In this document: positions 51,940 through 60,097 of the stretch, piece by piece
Numbering within the stretch: position 1 is the stretch's first letter
Layout: the number at the start of each line of letters is the position of its first letter
Notes under the pieces: model-generated
Database searches by the model: none
What the model saw: the letters and a program-made list of their open reading frames with translations, nothing else
What the model was told of the DNA's origin: nothing
NCBI GenBank assembly: GCA_965248435.1
Contig: OZ252100.1
Span: 5,440,001-5,504,000 of the forward strand
Origin: Candidatus Latescibacterota bacterium
Lineage (GTDB): Bacteria > Latescibacterota > UBA2968 > GCA-2709665
Length of the DNA stretch: 64,000 nt
Direction of reading: 5' to 3'
Translations under genes and position numbers: made by a program

Positions 51940-51973
51940 AAAGGGGCGGGAAACTGCCCCGCCCCTCTTTTTT
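51940..51973. terminator. Intrinsic terminator hairpin (stronger T-tract on plus strand)
   Basis: 9-bp stem AGGGGCGGG/CCCGCCCCT; CTTTTTT on plus strand, only TTGAATT on minus strand. Confidence 0.7.
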
Positions 51974-52011
51974 GGTAGATGGTTAAGGTACCAGGCCGCT
52001 GGCTTATCGAT

Positions 52012-52161
52012 TCACTTAACCCCTCCGCTACCCAGGTCGGTCCCATCCCCACAGGCTTGCTTTGCGTCGTCCATGAAGCGGCCGATGCGATCTTGGAGGA
52101 TCTGAAGGTCCTGTTCAAATTGGTCCAACTCTTCCACCAGGTCTTCGAATAGATGTTCCAT
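52012..52161 (-). CDS. Small acidic coiled-coil protein, 49 aa (not in ORF track)
   Basis: MEHLFEDLVEELDQFEQDLQILQDRIGRFMDDAKQACGDGTDLGSGGVK*; SD AAGGGAG; own promoter and downstream hairpin. Confidence 0.72.
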   Translation of the reverse strand: MEHLFEDLVEELDQFEQDLQILQDRIGRFMDDAKQACGDGTDLGSGGVK

Positions 52162-52239
52162 AACCGTTGCTCCCTTCTACCAAAGGAACGGGGGAGCGGG
52201 GAGGAGCGTTAAAGCAGAAGGTAGGCCAAAGGGATCTAA

Positions 52240-52268
52240 AATATAGGAAAACCCGAAGATACGGTCAA
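52240..52268 (-). promoter_or_regulatory. sigma70-type promoter of the 49-aa gene
   Basis: TTGACC-N17-TATATT. Confidence 0.7.
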
Positions 52269-52297
52269 GAGAGAAGCCGGAACAGATTCTGGGGGCT

Positions 52298-52346
52298 GGG
52301 ATTGCCTGCTAAACCAAGTCAGAGGCTCAGGGCAGCGGGCAATCCC
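52298..52346. repeat. Inverted repeat near the ribokinase breakpoint
   Basis: GGGATTGCC(T)GCT ... AGC(G)GGCAATCCC. Confidence 0.6.
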
Positions 52347-52755
52347 TTCTCGCCAGGGAAGCGAGGGCTGCGGTGCTGCAGCATCCAGTTGGGTAGGCGA
52401 GAGCGCAGCGTTCGCGCCGGGAGCCACAACAATCGTATTCTCTCCCTGCTCGTCCACCAGAATGAACGCAACACCCGAGGGTAAGTCAGGGTCGGTCAAT
52501 ACATAGCGCGTATCGATCTCCTCCTTCTCCAGTGTTTCGATCGACGTGCTACCGAAGTCATCTCCTCCGACCCTTGAGACGAACGCGACCCTTGCACCAG
52601 CGCGCGCCGCAGCCACAGCCTGGTTTGCCCCTTTACCCCCCGAAGCCGTGAAAAACCTGTCTCCAAGGCGAGTTTCTCCGGAGGAGGGCAGGCGTCTCAT
52701 CCGGATCACTAGGTCGGTGTTTGAGCTTCCGACCACCAAGACCTCGGGCTTTAGC

Positions 52756-53523
52756 TCAGTTCCCACTCATCAAATCCGGTTTTCGTGCGACATAGAATTT
52801 AAAATCTGGATCGAAGTCCACATACCAGCCAGGGGGAGCGCAACGCTCGATTCTCTCTCGGCTATTGTAATAAACGAGTTCGAAGCCTACGTCTGAAAGG
52901 ATCTTGCGAATCGAGCGTGGGGAAATAACCTGGAGGTAGTAGACTTCTAGGTTCTGCGTGGGGTCATAAATAACCTCTCCGATCTCCATTTCCGCGATAG
53001 GATGTCTCGTGAGTCTGGAGAACAGATACCGCACGAGCTGCCGAATCCTGAACGGCAGAAATCGGTTGAGGGCTTCAAGAGAGTGGGTTGTGAAGACGAG
53101 ATGACCTCCCGGCCGAAGGATTCGCCAGGCCTCTCGCAGCATTTGCCTCTTCCCTTCCTTGCCAGGTATGAGTTCAATCCCGTTGTAAGAGAAGAGGACA
53201 CCCGTATAGCTGTCGTCCGAGAAGGGAAGATCAGTTGCGTCAGCGACCACCCAGGTTGCATCGGCGCCCAATCGCCGGGCCTGAAGGCCCCCCTGAAACA
53301 CCATGGGAAAAGAAAAGTCCAGCCCCGTGACATTGAATCCCTTTTCGGCCAGTGGAATCGTCGTGCGTCCGGCCCCCGAGCCAACATCCAGAATTCTGTC
53401 TCCCAGATCCCAATAGGCGTCACAAAGCATCTCTTCAGAGGGCCACAGTCCGACTACTGTGTACTTCTTCACGACCCAATAGCGGGAGTAGCCTTGCCTT
53501 ACTCGGTTCTTGAACAGTTCCAT
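52756..53523 (-). CDS. Class I SAM-dependent methyltransferase
   Basis: ILDVGSGAGR, GLDFS, ADATDLPF, RILRPGG; start taken at MELFKN. Confidence 0.9.
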   Translation of the reverse strand: MELFKNRVRQGYSRYWVVKKYTVVGLWPSEEMLCDAYWDLGDRILDVGSGAGRTTIPLAEKGFNVTGLDFSFPMVFQGGLQARRLGADATWVVADATDLPFSDDSYTGVLFSYNGIELIPGKEGKRQMLREAWRILRPGGHLVFTTHSLEALNRFLPFRIRQLVRYLFSRLTRHPIAEMEIGEVIYDPTQNLEVYYLQVISPRSIRKILSDVGFELVYYNSRERIERCAPPGWYVDFDPDFKFYVARKPDLMSGN

Positions 53524-53605
53524 ATGGGCTAAGGTAGGGGGTCGAATCAGGTGGGTCAAGACGAATGTGAATCGAACCGAATCTGTCGCATCTGGTTATT
53601 TTCCC

Positions 53606-53634
53606 TTGACTTGCGAAAAACGTTTGCCTATTTT
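53606..53634 (+). promoter_or_regulatory. sigma70-type promoter of the cpoB-like gene
   Basis: TTGACT-N17-TATTTT. Confidence 0.6.
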
Positions 53635-53707
53635 TCTGGTGAATGTTCAGACTTTCTACGTCCGGGCAGGAGTTCGGGTTTCGCTCGCGCAGTACAAGGT
53701 GGAACGA

Positions 53708-54457
53708 ATGGGTACACCCACCGTTAAAAGGGATGTTTCGTGTGTCCTCTTGGCCTGCTGCATCATCGCGCTTCTGGGCGCGGGTTGCGCAACGACGCGT
53801 TACGAGGAGTACGGTCCACCCTCTGAAGCCCCGGAAGCTGCGAGGGCTCCTGAACAGATGGCGTCAGCTTCGCAGGCGGTAGGGATTGCCGAACTCGAAG
53901 CTCGAATCGAGCTATTGGAGGCTGAGCTTGCGAATCGCTTGGCCGCAATGGAAGCGGCGAACGCGGGCCTGGCTACACGGTTCGAGTCTTTGGCCGAGCA
54001 GATTGAACACCTGCGAAATCAGTTACGAGCGAGTCGGAGAGATCCTAAGGCAAAGCCTGAACTACAGGACCCCAGCAGAATTTACGAACAGGGACTGATG
54101 CGTTACAATGCTCGGGAATACAAAGACGCCAAGGAGAGATTCAAGGATGTACTAAGACTGGATCCTAAGGGTGATCTTGGCGATAATGCGCTCTACTGGA
54201 TGGGGGAAAGCGACTACGCCCTGGGGGATTATCAATCGGCGCTCGAAGCGTTTACAAGGGTTCTCAACTACGCGACAACCGAAAAAGACGATGATGCCCA
54301 GCTAAAACTCGGGCTTTGTCATCTCCGCATAGGGGATCGTAGCACCGCACTCATTGAACTGAAGCGACTACTTGTGGACTACCCAGAAAGTGAGTACGTT
54401 CAGCGCGCAGAGGAATTGATTCGGAGCGTAGGAAAAGAGCACAAACCTGAACCCTAG
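53708..54457 (+). CDS. cpoB: Tol-Pal associated CpoB/YbgF-like TPR lipoprotein
   Basis: Lipobox GAGC, coiled coil, TPRs DNALYWMGE, DAQLKLG, YPES. Confidence 0.8.
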   Translation: MGTPTVKRDVSCVLLACCIIALLGAGCATTRYEEYGPPSEAPEAARAPEQMASASQAVGIAELEARIELLEAELANRLAAMEAANAGLATRFESLAEQIEHLRNQLRASRRDPKAKPELQDPSRIYEQGLMRYNAREYKDAKERFKDVLRLDPKGDLGDNALYWMGESDYALGDYQSALEAFTRVLNYATTEKDDDAQLKLGLCHLRIGDRSTALIELKRLLVDYPESEYVQRAEELIRSVGKEHKPEP

Positions 54458-54569
54458 TGCCCACTCCCGGGAGAGGAAGCGATTCCATCGATCAAGATCG
54501 AACCTTTTCAGACATTCCTCAAGGGTGCTGGCCTTGTGGAGATATGGGATATGGCAGGGCGGAGGCAGG

Positions 54570-55379
54570 ATGCGTCTGGCCATCTTATTGAGACTTTGCC
54601 TCGTTGTGGGGTTGATGGGCTGTGCCAAGGGCAAGTATCGGATGCAGAGTCCGGAGACCTATTACGAAGAAGCGCAAGAGGCCCTGGGCGAGGAGGATTG
54701 CTGGAAGGCCGAGCAGCTTTTTCGCAACCTTCTCTCGGACTTTCCGGGGTCTCCTCTCGTTGATGATGCACAATTCGGGCTGGCGCAGTCGAGCTACTGC
54801 TCCAAGGACTATGTCACATCGATATTCGAGTATGAGCGACTCCTGGATGAACATCCCGCGAGTCCCTTCGTTGATGAAGCCCGATATCAGATCGGGATGT
54901 GCTACTACAAAGAATCGCAAAGTGTTCATCACGACCAGGAGGATACGTACAAGGCCATTCGGGTGTTCGGGCGATTCGTTGAAGACTATCCCCGAAGCAA
55001 CCTGGTTTCAGATGCTGACAGGCGCATCAAGGAATTACAGGGCAAGCTGGCCGATCACAAGTTGGTCATTGCTGAGAACTATTTCAGATGGAAAAAGCCC
55101 AATTCGGCAGAAGTCTACTGCGAAATCATCCTGAGGGAGTTCCCGGACGCTGAGGCCGCGCCGGGCGTTCGTTTCCTTCTTGCCAGGATTAAGCGCAGTT
55201 TGGGGAACCTTGACGAAGCCGTAGAGCTTCTCAGGTTTCTTGCCAGGGAGGATTTCTCTGGTGAGTTAGAAGAGAAGGTTTTGAAGGAAATCCGTGAAGT
55301 GGAACAGGATCTCGCGAAACAAAAGTCCTCAAACCCTCTATCCTCGCAGAAGGGGAGAGGAGAACCAGGCACCAGGTAA
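54570..55379 (+). CDS. bamD: Outer-membrane assembly lipoprotein BamD
   Basis: Lipobox LMGC, FPGSP, DQEDT..AI..F, YPRS, IAENY. Confidence 0.88.
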   Translation: MRLAILLRLCLVVGLMGCAKGKYRMQSPETYYEEAQEALGEEDCWKAEQLFRNLLSDFPGSPLVDDAQFGLAQSSYCSKDYVTSIFEYERLLDEHPASPFVDEARYQIGMCYYKESQSVHHDQEDTYKAIRVFGRFVEDYPRSNLVSDADRRIKELQGKLADHKLVIAENYFRWKKPNSAEVYCEIILREFPDAEAAPGVRFLLARIKRSLGNLDEAVELLRFLAREDFSGELEEKVLKEIREVEQDLAKQKSSNPLSSQKGRGEPGTR

Positions 55380-55384
55380 GTGGT

Positions 55385-55972
55385 ATGGGACGCAGGATCG
55401 GTATTCTGGGCGGCACGTTTGATCCGATTCACAATGGACATCTGATCGTCGCTCAGGAAGTCGTTTCGTCCCTCGAGCTGGATCGGATCCTTTTCGTCCC
55501 CTGCGGCCAACCGCCCCATAAACAGTATCCTGAAATGGCGAGCGCGGAAGCTCGCGCTGAGATGGTAAGGCTCGGTGTTGCCGATAATCCTCTCTTCGAA
55601 TTTTCTCCCCTAGAGCTTCAAAGACCCGGCAAGTCTTACACGATCGAAACCCTTCGTGAATTGAGAGAACAGTTTGGATTGGAATCGGAAATCTATCTGG
55701 TTATCGGTGCCGACAATGCTGGAGAGTTATCGTCCTGGTGCGATCCTGAAGGGGTTCTAGAAACATCGCGGGTGGCCGTTGTTCTTCGGGATGGATTCGA
55801 TCGTTCACGGATCGACCCTGCTCAAGCAGAAAGGATGACCTTCTTGGATACACCGCGGATTGAAATATCATCCACAGACATTCGGAGCAGAGTGTGTCGA
55901 GGCTTTCCAATTAGGTACCTTGTTCCGGAAAAAGTAGGGGAGTATATTAGAGAAGAGGGTCTTTATCGGTAA
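55385..55972 (+). CDS. nadD: Nicotinate-nucleotide adenylyltransferase
   Basis: GGTFDPIHNGH, PPHK, SYTIETL, IGAD, ISSTDIR. Confidence 0.97.
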   Translation: MGRRIGILGGTFDPIHNGHLIVAQEVVSSLELDRILFVPCGQPPHKQYPEMASAEARAEMVRLGVADNPLFEFSPLELQRPGKSYTIETLRELREQFGLESEIYLVIGADNAGELSSWCDPEGVLETSRVAVVLRDGFDRSRIDPAQAERMTFLDTPRIEISSTDIRSRVCRGFPIRYLVPEKVGEYIREEGLYR

Positions 55973-56004
55973 GACTGAATTCACACCGTGGTCGGAGGGT
56001 CCGA

Positions 56005-56265
56005 ATGTCCGCTGAGAAGACCTCTTCGTCGCCGGCCAAATTGGGAGGTGCTCCCGAAGGCCGCACTCACAGGTATTTCTGCATTGACGATGATCAGTGC
56101 AGGGCATTTTCCCGGGTGTCCAAGGAAGCGATGCACATCCGCAAGATTCCGAAGAGAGTAAATGTCTTTGGAAAGGAAATAGACGGCTGGATCATCGAAT
56201 TGAGGGTCCCTGCTACGGACGGGGTCGTTCGTGTAGACCCACTCAAGGAGTCCAGAAGCACGTGA
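56005..56265 (+). CDS. Small hypothetical protein
   Basis: SD GGAGG before ATG; lies between nadD and a terminator. Confidence 0.55.
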   Translation: MSAEKTSSSPAKLGGAPEGRTHRYFCIDDDQCRAFSRVSKEAMHIRKIPKRVNVFGKEIDGWIIELRVPATDGVVRVDPLKESRST

Positions 56266-56300
56266 ACTCCCCATCATCGTTACGACTCTCTTAAGAACAG

Positions 56301-56334
56301 AAAAGGAGGCGATCGAAAGACCGCCTCCTTTTTT
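56301..56334. terminator. Bidirectional intrinsic terminator
   Basis: AAAAGGAGGCG-(ATCGAAAGAC)-CGCCTCCTTTTTT between convergent ORFs. Confidence 0.85.
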
Positions 56335-56364
56335 GCGATGTGGTTGAAACACTTGAAGCGAATG

Positions 56365-56880
56365 TTACAGACTGTTTAGCAGGGCAAGGTTCTGATCGAT
56401 GATCCGAGAAAGCGATGTTCGTGCATCCACGTTAGAGGTCGCTTCCGAAGGATTGGGATTGGCGTCATCGTAGGAAGCTCTGAAGAGGGCTGAATAGGCA
56501 GTCCTTCCTCCGGAAATCCCTATGAGTTGATTTTCAATGCTTTCTCGAGGACCGTAGGTTGAGCTCGCAGTGCCACTGCTGCGCGATCTCAGGGCACTAA
56601 ATCTGAGGCTTTTGTCGAACATGCCGTTGGCGATATCGAAACGGAAGCGTTCGTCCAGGCTTGGAGGTGCATATGTTGGGCTCGGCTCCGAACTGGAGAT
56701 TTCGACAGTGTCGCCGTCGGTTGTTTCGACGAGAAGCTCTAAAGCCTTGACCGGAATGACCATATCGAATGAGGAGCCGCCCTGATGTGTGACTATGGTT
56801 TCCTGAGGAGGCGGTGTGGAGGCCTGTGGCGAGGTGTCGAACGTCGTGCCTGCAGACTGACTCGATACGGGAAGCGGCAT
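56365..56880 (-). CDS. Ser/Thr/Pro-rich hypothetical protein, putatively sigma28-dependent
   Basis: 171-aa ORF with GGAG SD, downstream terminator, upstream sigma28-like promoter. Confidence 0.7.
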   Translation of the reverse strand: MPLPVSSQSAGTTFDTSPQASTPPPQETIVTHQGGSSFDMVIPVKALELLVETTDGDTVEISSSEPSPTYAPPSLDERFRFDIANGMFDKSLRFSALRSRSSGTASSTYGPRESIENQLIGISGGRTAYSALFRASYDDANPNPSEATSNVDARTSLSRIIDQNLALLNSL

Positions 56881-56998
56881 TGCTCCGGTCCTTTAAGATT
56901 TGTTGCTACGTTCACGCTCTCGCGGGGATTCGTGCGTGAAGTCGGTAGCGTATTTCAGGGAGACGAGACTGGCTCAGATGTATTCCCCCTGTCAGAGT

Positions 56999-57026
56999 AG
57001 ATCGGCAGGTCGAGGACCAATCTTTA
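56999..57026 (-). promoter_or_regulatory. sigma28 (FliA)-type promoter
   Basis: TAAA-N16-GCCGATCT. Confidence 0.6.
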
Positions 57027-57125
57027 GCCTTTTTTGGGGAAATCTTCGTGATTATTGACAAAAATGTGATTTTTCTTCTTAGATTAAATGGGATCGAGCG
57101 GTGAGAGCCAGATTGGGGTGAAGAG

Positions 57126-57443
57126 ATGAGTCAAAATGACGATTTGAGACCAGAGATCACCAGTGTTAACATCTACGGAACTGAATATCCGCTTTCCAGC
57201 GGTGAGTCCACTGGATATACGCAAAAGATAGCGGAGTTCGTCGATCACAAGATGTCACAAATCGCCTCAGAGGAGAATCTTTCAGACCTGACAAAGGTCG
57301 CAATTATGACGGCGATGGATATCGCTGGTCAGTTACTCAGGCAAAAAGAGAGGGGCAGATTGGAGAGAAAGCGTACCGTTGAAGCCATTGATCGGCTTGG
57401 TCGGCATCTTGATGAGGCAAGTGGAAGCAGCCGTGGCATCTGA
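57126..57443 (+). CDS. zapA: Cell division protein ZapA
   Basis: VNIYGTEYPL, IAEFVDHKM, KVAIMTAMDIA, coiled-coil tail. Confidence 0.88.
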   Translation: MSQNDDLRPEITSVNIYGTEYPLSSGESTGYTQKIAEFVDHKMSQIASEENLSDLTKVAIMTAMDIAGQLLRQKERGRLERKRTVEAIDRLGRHLDEASGSSRGI

Positions 57444-57903
57444 CCCCAAGAACGAAACCTCTACCCAGCAGGAGGCTCCGGCCACCGACCTTGAGGAACC
57501 GCTCGGCCTGACACAGGTGATTGCGGGTGGGATGAAGCAGTGGTTCCTGATGGTGGCACTGGGACTGGGAATCGTGGGGAGCGCTGCCGCATTTCTGGGA
57601 CTGTTTGTGGTCGCATCAACACTGGTCTCAATCGTTCTAATCTCTCTTACTCTATATCTGTTTCTCAGACTTTGGCCAGAAGAAGAGCGGCCAAAAAATT
57701 CGACCGCAAGAATATCTGAAGAAAAGGTAGAACCGAAAACGGCCATGGTTCCGGCGGTCAGGCTGAACGGCCATCCACGGAGCCGTTTTATGATCGCGCT
57801 CAAAGAGGTCGCCCGAAGGCAGGAAACATTCCGAATAAGCCCACAGGGTGCTGAGCGATTTGCCAAAACGATCCGGTATCTTCTTCGTGCCTCTAGACAA
57901 TAG
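57433..57903 (+). CDS. Hypothetical membrane protein (2 TM)
   Basis: Long hydrophobic stretch; overlaps zapA stop; start uncertain. Confidence 0.7.
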   Translation: MASDPKNETSTQQEAPATDLEEPLGLTQVIAGGMKQWFLMVALGLGIVGSAAAFLGLFVVASTLVSIVLISLTLYLFLRLWPEEERPKNSTARISEEKVEPKTAMVPAVRLNGHPRSRFMIALKEVARRQETFRISPQGAERFAKTIRYLLRASRQ

Positions 57904-57915
57904 TCCAGGGGCAGA

Positions 57916-58599
57916 TCACGCTTTCCAGAGACCGTATTTCAAGATCGAAAAAAGGATCTTGCACCCTGCCTGAAGCGTGCCTTTTAGGGTTCCGCTTATC
58001 TTTGATACTCCTATGCGACGTTTGTAGCTAACCGGAATTTCGACTGTCTTGAGGCCCAATTTCTTTGCCTTGATCTGCATTTCTATCGTCCAGCCAAACG
58101 TTTTGTCCTCCATCTGCAACCTAGCCAGTGCCGGATAGCGGATTGCCCTGAAGGGACCCAGATCGGTGTATTGGGCGCCAAATAGGAGACGAATGAGCTT
58201 TGTGGCCAACCAGTTTCCGAATCTGGCGTGGATGGGAAGTGCCCCAGGCTCCCTTCGTCCTCGACTGCGAGAGCCGATCACCAGATCTGCACGACCCTGG
58301 AGGATCGGGTGAACCAGAAGTTCAAGCTCCTCAGGATGATCGCTATAATCTCCATCCAGAAAAACGACGATATCGGGCCGATCGAGCGCCTCGATGCCGG
58401 CCATGCAGGCCCAGCCGTAGCCCTGACGCGCTTCGCGGATGACACGTACGCCCATCTCTGAGGCCATCTTTGCCGTTTCGTCCGTGGAGCCATTGTCAAC
58501 GACGAGGATTTCAGCTATAAGGCCGGACGGAATGTCGGCAATGACCCGCTGAATCGCGTTCTGCTCGTTGAATGCAGGTATTACGACGGATATACGCAA
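57916..58599 (-). CDS. Glycosyltransferase family 2 (DPM-synthase-like)
   Basis: VVIPAFNE, VVDNGSTD, FLDGD, TDLGPFRA. Confidence 0.93.
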   Translation of the reverse strand: MRISVVIPAFNEQNAIQRVIADIPSGLIAEILVVDNGSTDETAKMASEMGVRVIREARQGYGWACMAGIEALDRPDIVVFLDGDYSDHPEELELLVHPILQGRADLVIGSRSRGRREPGALPIHARFGNWLATKLIRLLFGAQYTDLGPFRAIRYPALARLQMEDKTFGWTIEMQIKAKKLGLKTVEIPVSYKRRIGVSKISGTLKGTLQAGCKILFSILKYGLWKA

Positions 58600-58696
58600 G
58601 GGACAATACGTCTTTCTTTCAGGTGGGATCAGGTCGTTTTCTCACCTGAAGAGGTTTGCTGTCTCTTATTCTTCCAAACCTGTCTGAGAGAATTTC

Positions 58697-59254
58697 GTGG
58701 CTGAAGAAGAGGAAACTGAAGAAACTGAGAGTGAGGCGCCCGCAAAGCCTTTAGAGCAGCCGAGCCTGCTCCGGTACCTCCCACTCGTGTTGGTGATCAT
58801 CGCGCTTCAGGCTGCAGGTGCCTACTACCTGATCGAGTTCGTCGTTTTTGCACCGCCAGAGACGACTTCGGAGGTTCAGGATGAAATCGGACGGCCGAGG
58901 ACGATCCCGGAAGGGGATGAGCCCGAAGCGAGCGTGAATCTCGGAGAGTTCTTTGCCAATCCGAGGGGGACAAGAGCGAGGCTGCTGGTGAGGGCCGTTG
59001 TTACGCTGGGGGTCGCTCCGAGTGGTGCGAGGTCGGAGATCGAGAGCCCGGATAACGAGGATCGAGTAAAGGACGCGATCGTGAGGGCGCTGGGGAATGC
59101 GACTTATGAGATGCTCCGTAGCCCCAGGGGACGGCAGAAGGTCAAACTGGAGATCAAGGACCGCTTGAATCAGATACTTTATAGGGGACAGGTTCAGGAG
59201 GTCTATTTCGGAGAGTTCTACCTGCAGGCCATGCCCGGATTCTCGGGTGGCTAG
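58697..59254 (+). CDS. fliL: Flagellar basal body-associated protein FliL
   Basis: Acidic N-terminus, single TM, LGEFFANP, RVKDAI, G...K.EI..RLN, VYFGEF. Confidence 0.8.
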   Translation: MAEEEETEETESEAPAKPLEQPSLLRYLPLVLVIIALQAAGAYYLIEFVVFAPPETTSEVQDEIGRPRTIPEGDEPEASVNLGEFFANPRGTRARLLVRAVVTLGVAPSGARSEIESPDNEDRVKDAIVRALGNATYEMLRSPRGRQKVKLEIKDRLNQILYRGQVQEVYFGEFYLQAMPGFSGG

Positions 59255-59260
59255 GTCGAT

Positions 59261-59806
59261 TCATGGGTTTGTCTCTTCAGACCGGTCAAGCAGCTCGACG
59301 ATTCTGACGCCGAAAGTGTCACCCACCACCACGACTTCCCCCCGGGCGAACAGCTTACCGTTTACCAGGACTTCCACAGGTTCGTGTTCCTCGGGCACAA
59401 GCTCAACGATAGAATCTCGCGTCCAGGATAGAATGTCTTTGATCGGGATGAAGTTGCCCCCCATCTCGACCGTTATGGAAACATCGACATCGGAGAGCCG
59501 GTCGAGCCCTTCGGCTGCCTCGGCCAGGCCTGCTGGTTGGGCTGCGAACGGGGCGACGGCAGCCTCCGGCCCCGAAGTTTCCTCATTCATGGCACGAAGC
59601 ATCTCCTGCTCAAGCATTTCATCGACGCTGCCAGCATCGCCGCCCCCTGCTGTCCCTTCTGCCTGATCGCCCTCCGCTGCAGCTCCGGCCGCCCCACCAC
59701 CATCCTCGCCCCCGACTTCCTCCTGCATCATACGGAGCATTTCAGCCTCGACGTCAGCGTCTTCCGGGGATTCCTCAGACGATGCATCGGATGTTTCATC
59801 CAGCAT
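59261..59806 (-). CDS. fliN: Flagellar motor switch protein FliN (SpoA domain)
   Basis: DVDVSITVEMG, PVEVLVNGKLFARGEVVVVGDTFGVRI. Confidence 0.9.
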   Translation of the reverse strand: MLDETSDASSEESPEDADVEAEMLRMMQEEVGGEDGGGAAGAAAEGDQAEGTAGGGDAGSVDEMLEQEMLRAMNEETSGPEAAVAPFAAQPAGLAEAAEGLDRLSDVDVSITVEMGGNFIPIKDILSWTRDSIVELVPEEHEPVEVLVNGKLFARGEVVVVGDTFGVRIVELLDRSEETNP

Positions 59807-59860
59807 TTGAAGCCTCCGTTTGGTCCACAGTTGGGTAGAAGCGCTAGAACCTATTATAAA

Positions 59861-59889
59861 AACTTAAGATAAACGAGCTCCAAAATCAA
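59861..59889 (-). promoter_or_regulatory. sigma70-type promoter of fliN
   Basis: TTGATT-N17-TAAGTT, with TATAAT just downstream. Confidence 0.55.
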
Positions 59890-59909
59890 GACTATGTTCC
59901 AAAAAGCTC

Positions 59910-59936
59910 TAAAGCAGTTTTGGAAGGTGCCGATAA
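59910..59936 (+). promoter_or_regulatory. sigma28 (FliA) promoter of flagellin
   Basis: Exact consensus TAAA-N15-GCCGATAA. Confidence 0.9.
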
Positions 59937-60041
59937 GTATGGACGCAAGTCATTAAGAAACAAACGGTAATACTAACTTAAGTAGTATTTTGAAATACTA
60001 AGTCGTATCAAACTCGATGGAAGGGACGTCACTCGACGTGA

Positions 60042-60097
60042 CCGGCAAGGAAGCCGGAAGGTGTGTAAGAACCGCACACCTGAGTAAGACAAGGAGG
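60042..60097 (+). promoter_or_regulatory. CsrA-type binding sites in flagellin leader
   Basis: CCGGC-AAGGAA-GCCGG hairpin with GGA in the loop, and ACAAGGAGG overlapping the SD. Confidence 0.7.

Larger units (their letters stand above)
52236..52766 (-). pseudogene. rbsK: 3'-truncated ribokinase (PfkB family)
   Basis: VVGSSNTD, GGKGANQAVAAARAG, VGGDDFG, GENTIVVAPGAN; similarity stops at about aa 131; no N..E or DT.GAGD motif. Confidence 0.8.

Noticed and set aside
57055-57085. zapA promoter TTGACA...TAGATT
   Set aside because: The spacer is 19 nt; too weak to list as a feature
57444-57915. 6S RNA downstream of zapA
   Set aside because: The region is occupied by an overlapping membrane-protein ORF; no long bubble hairpin was seen
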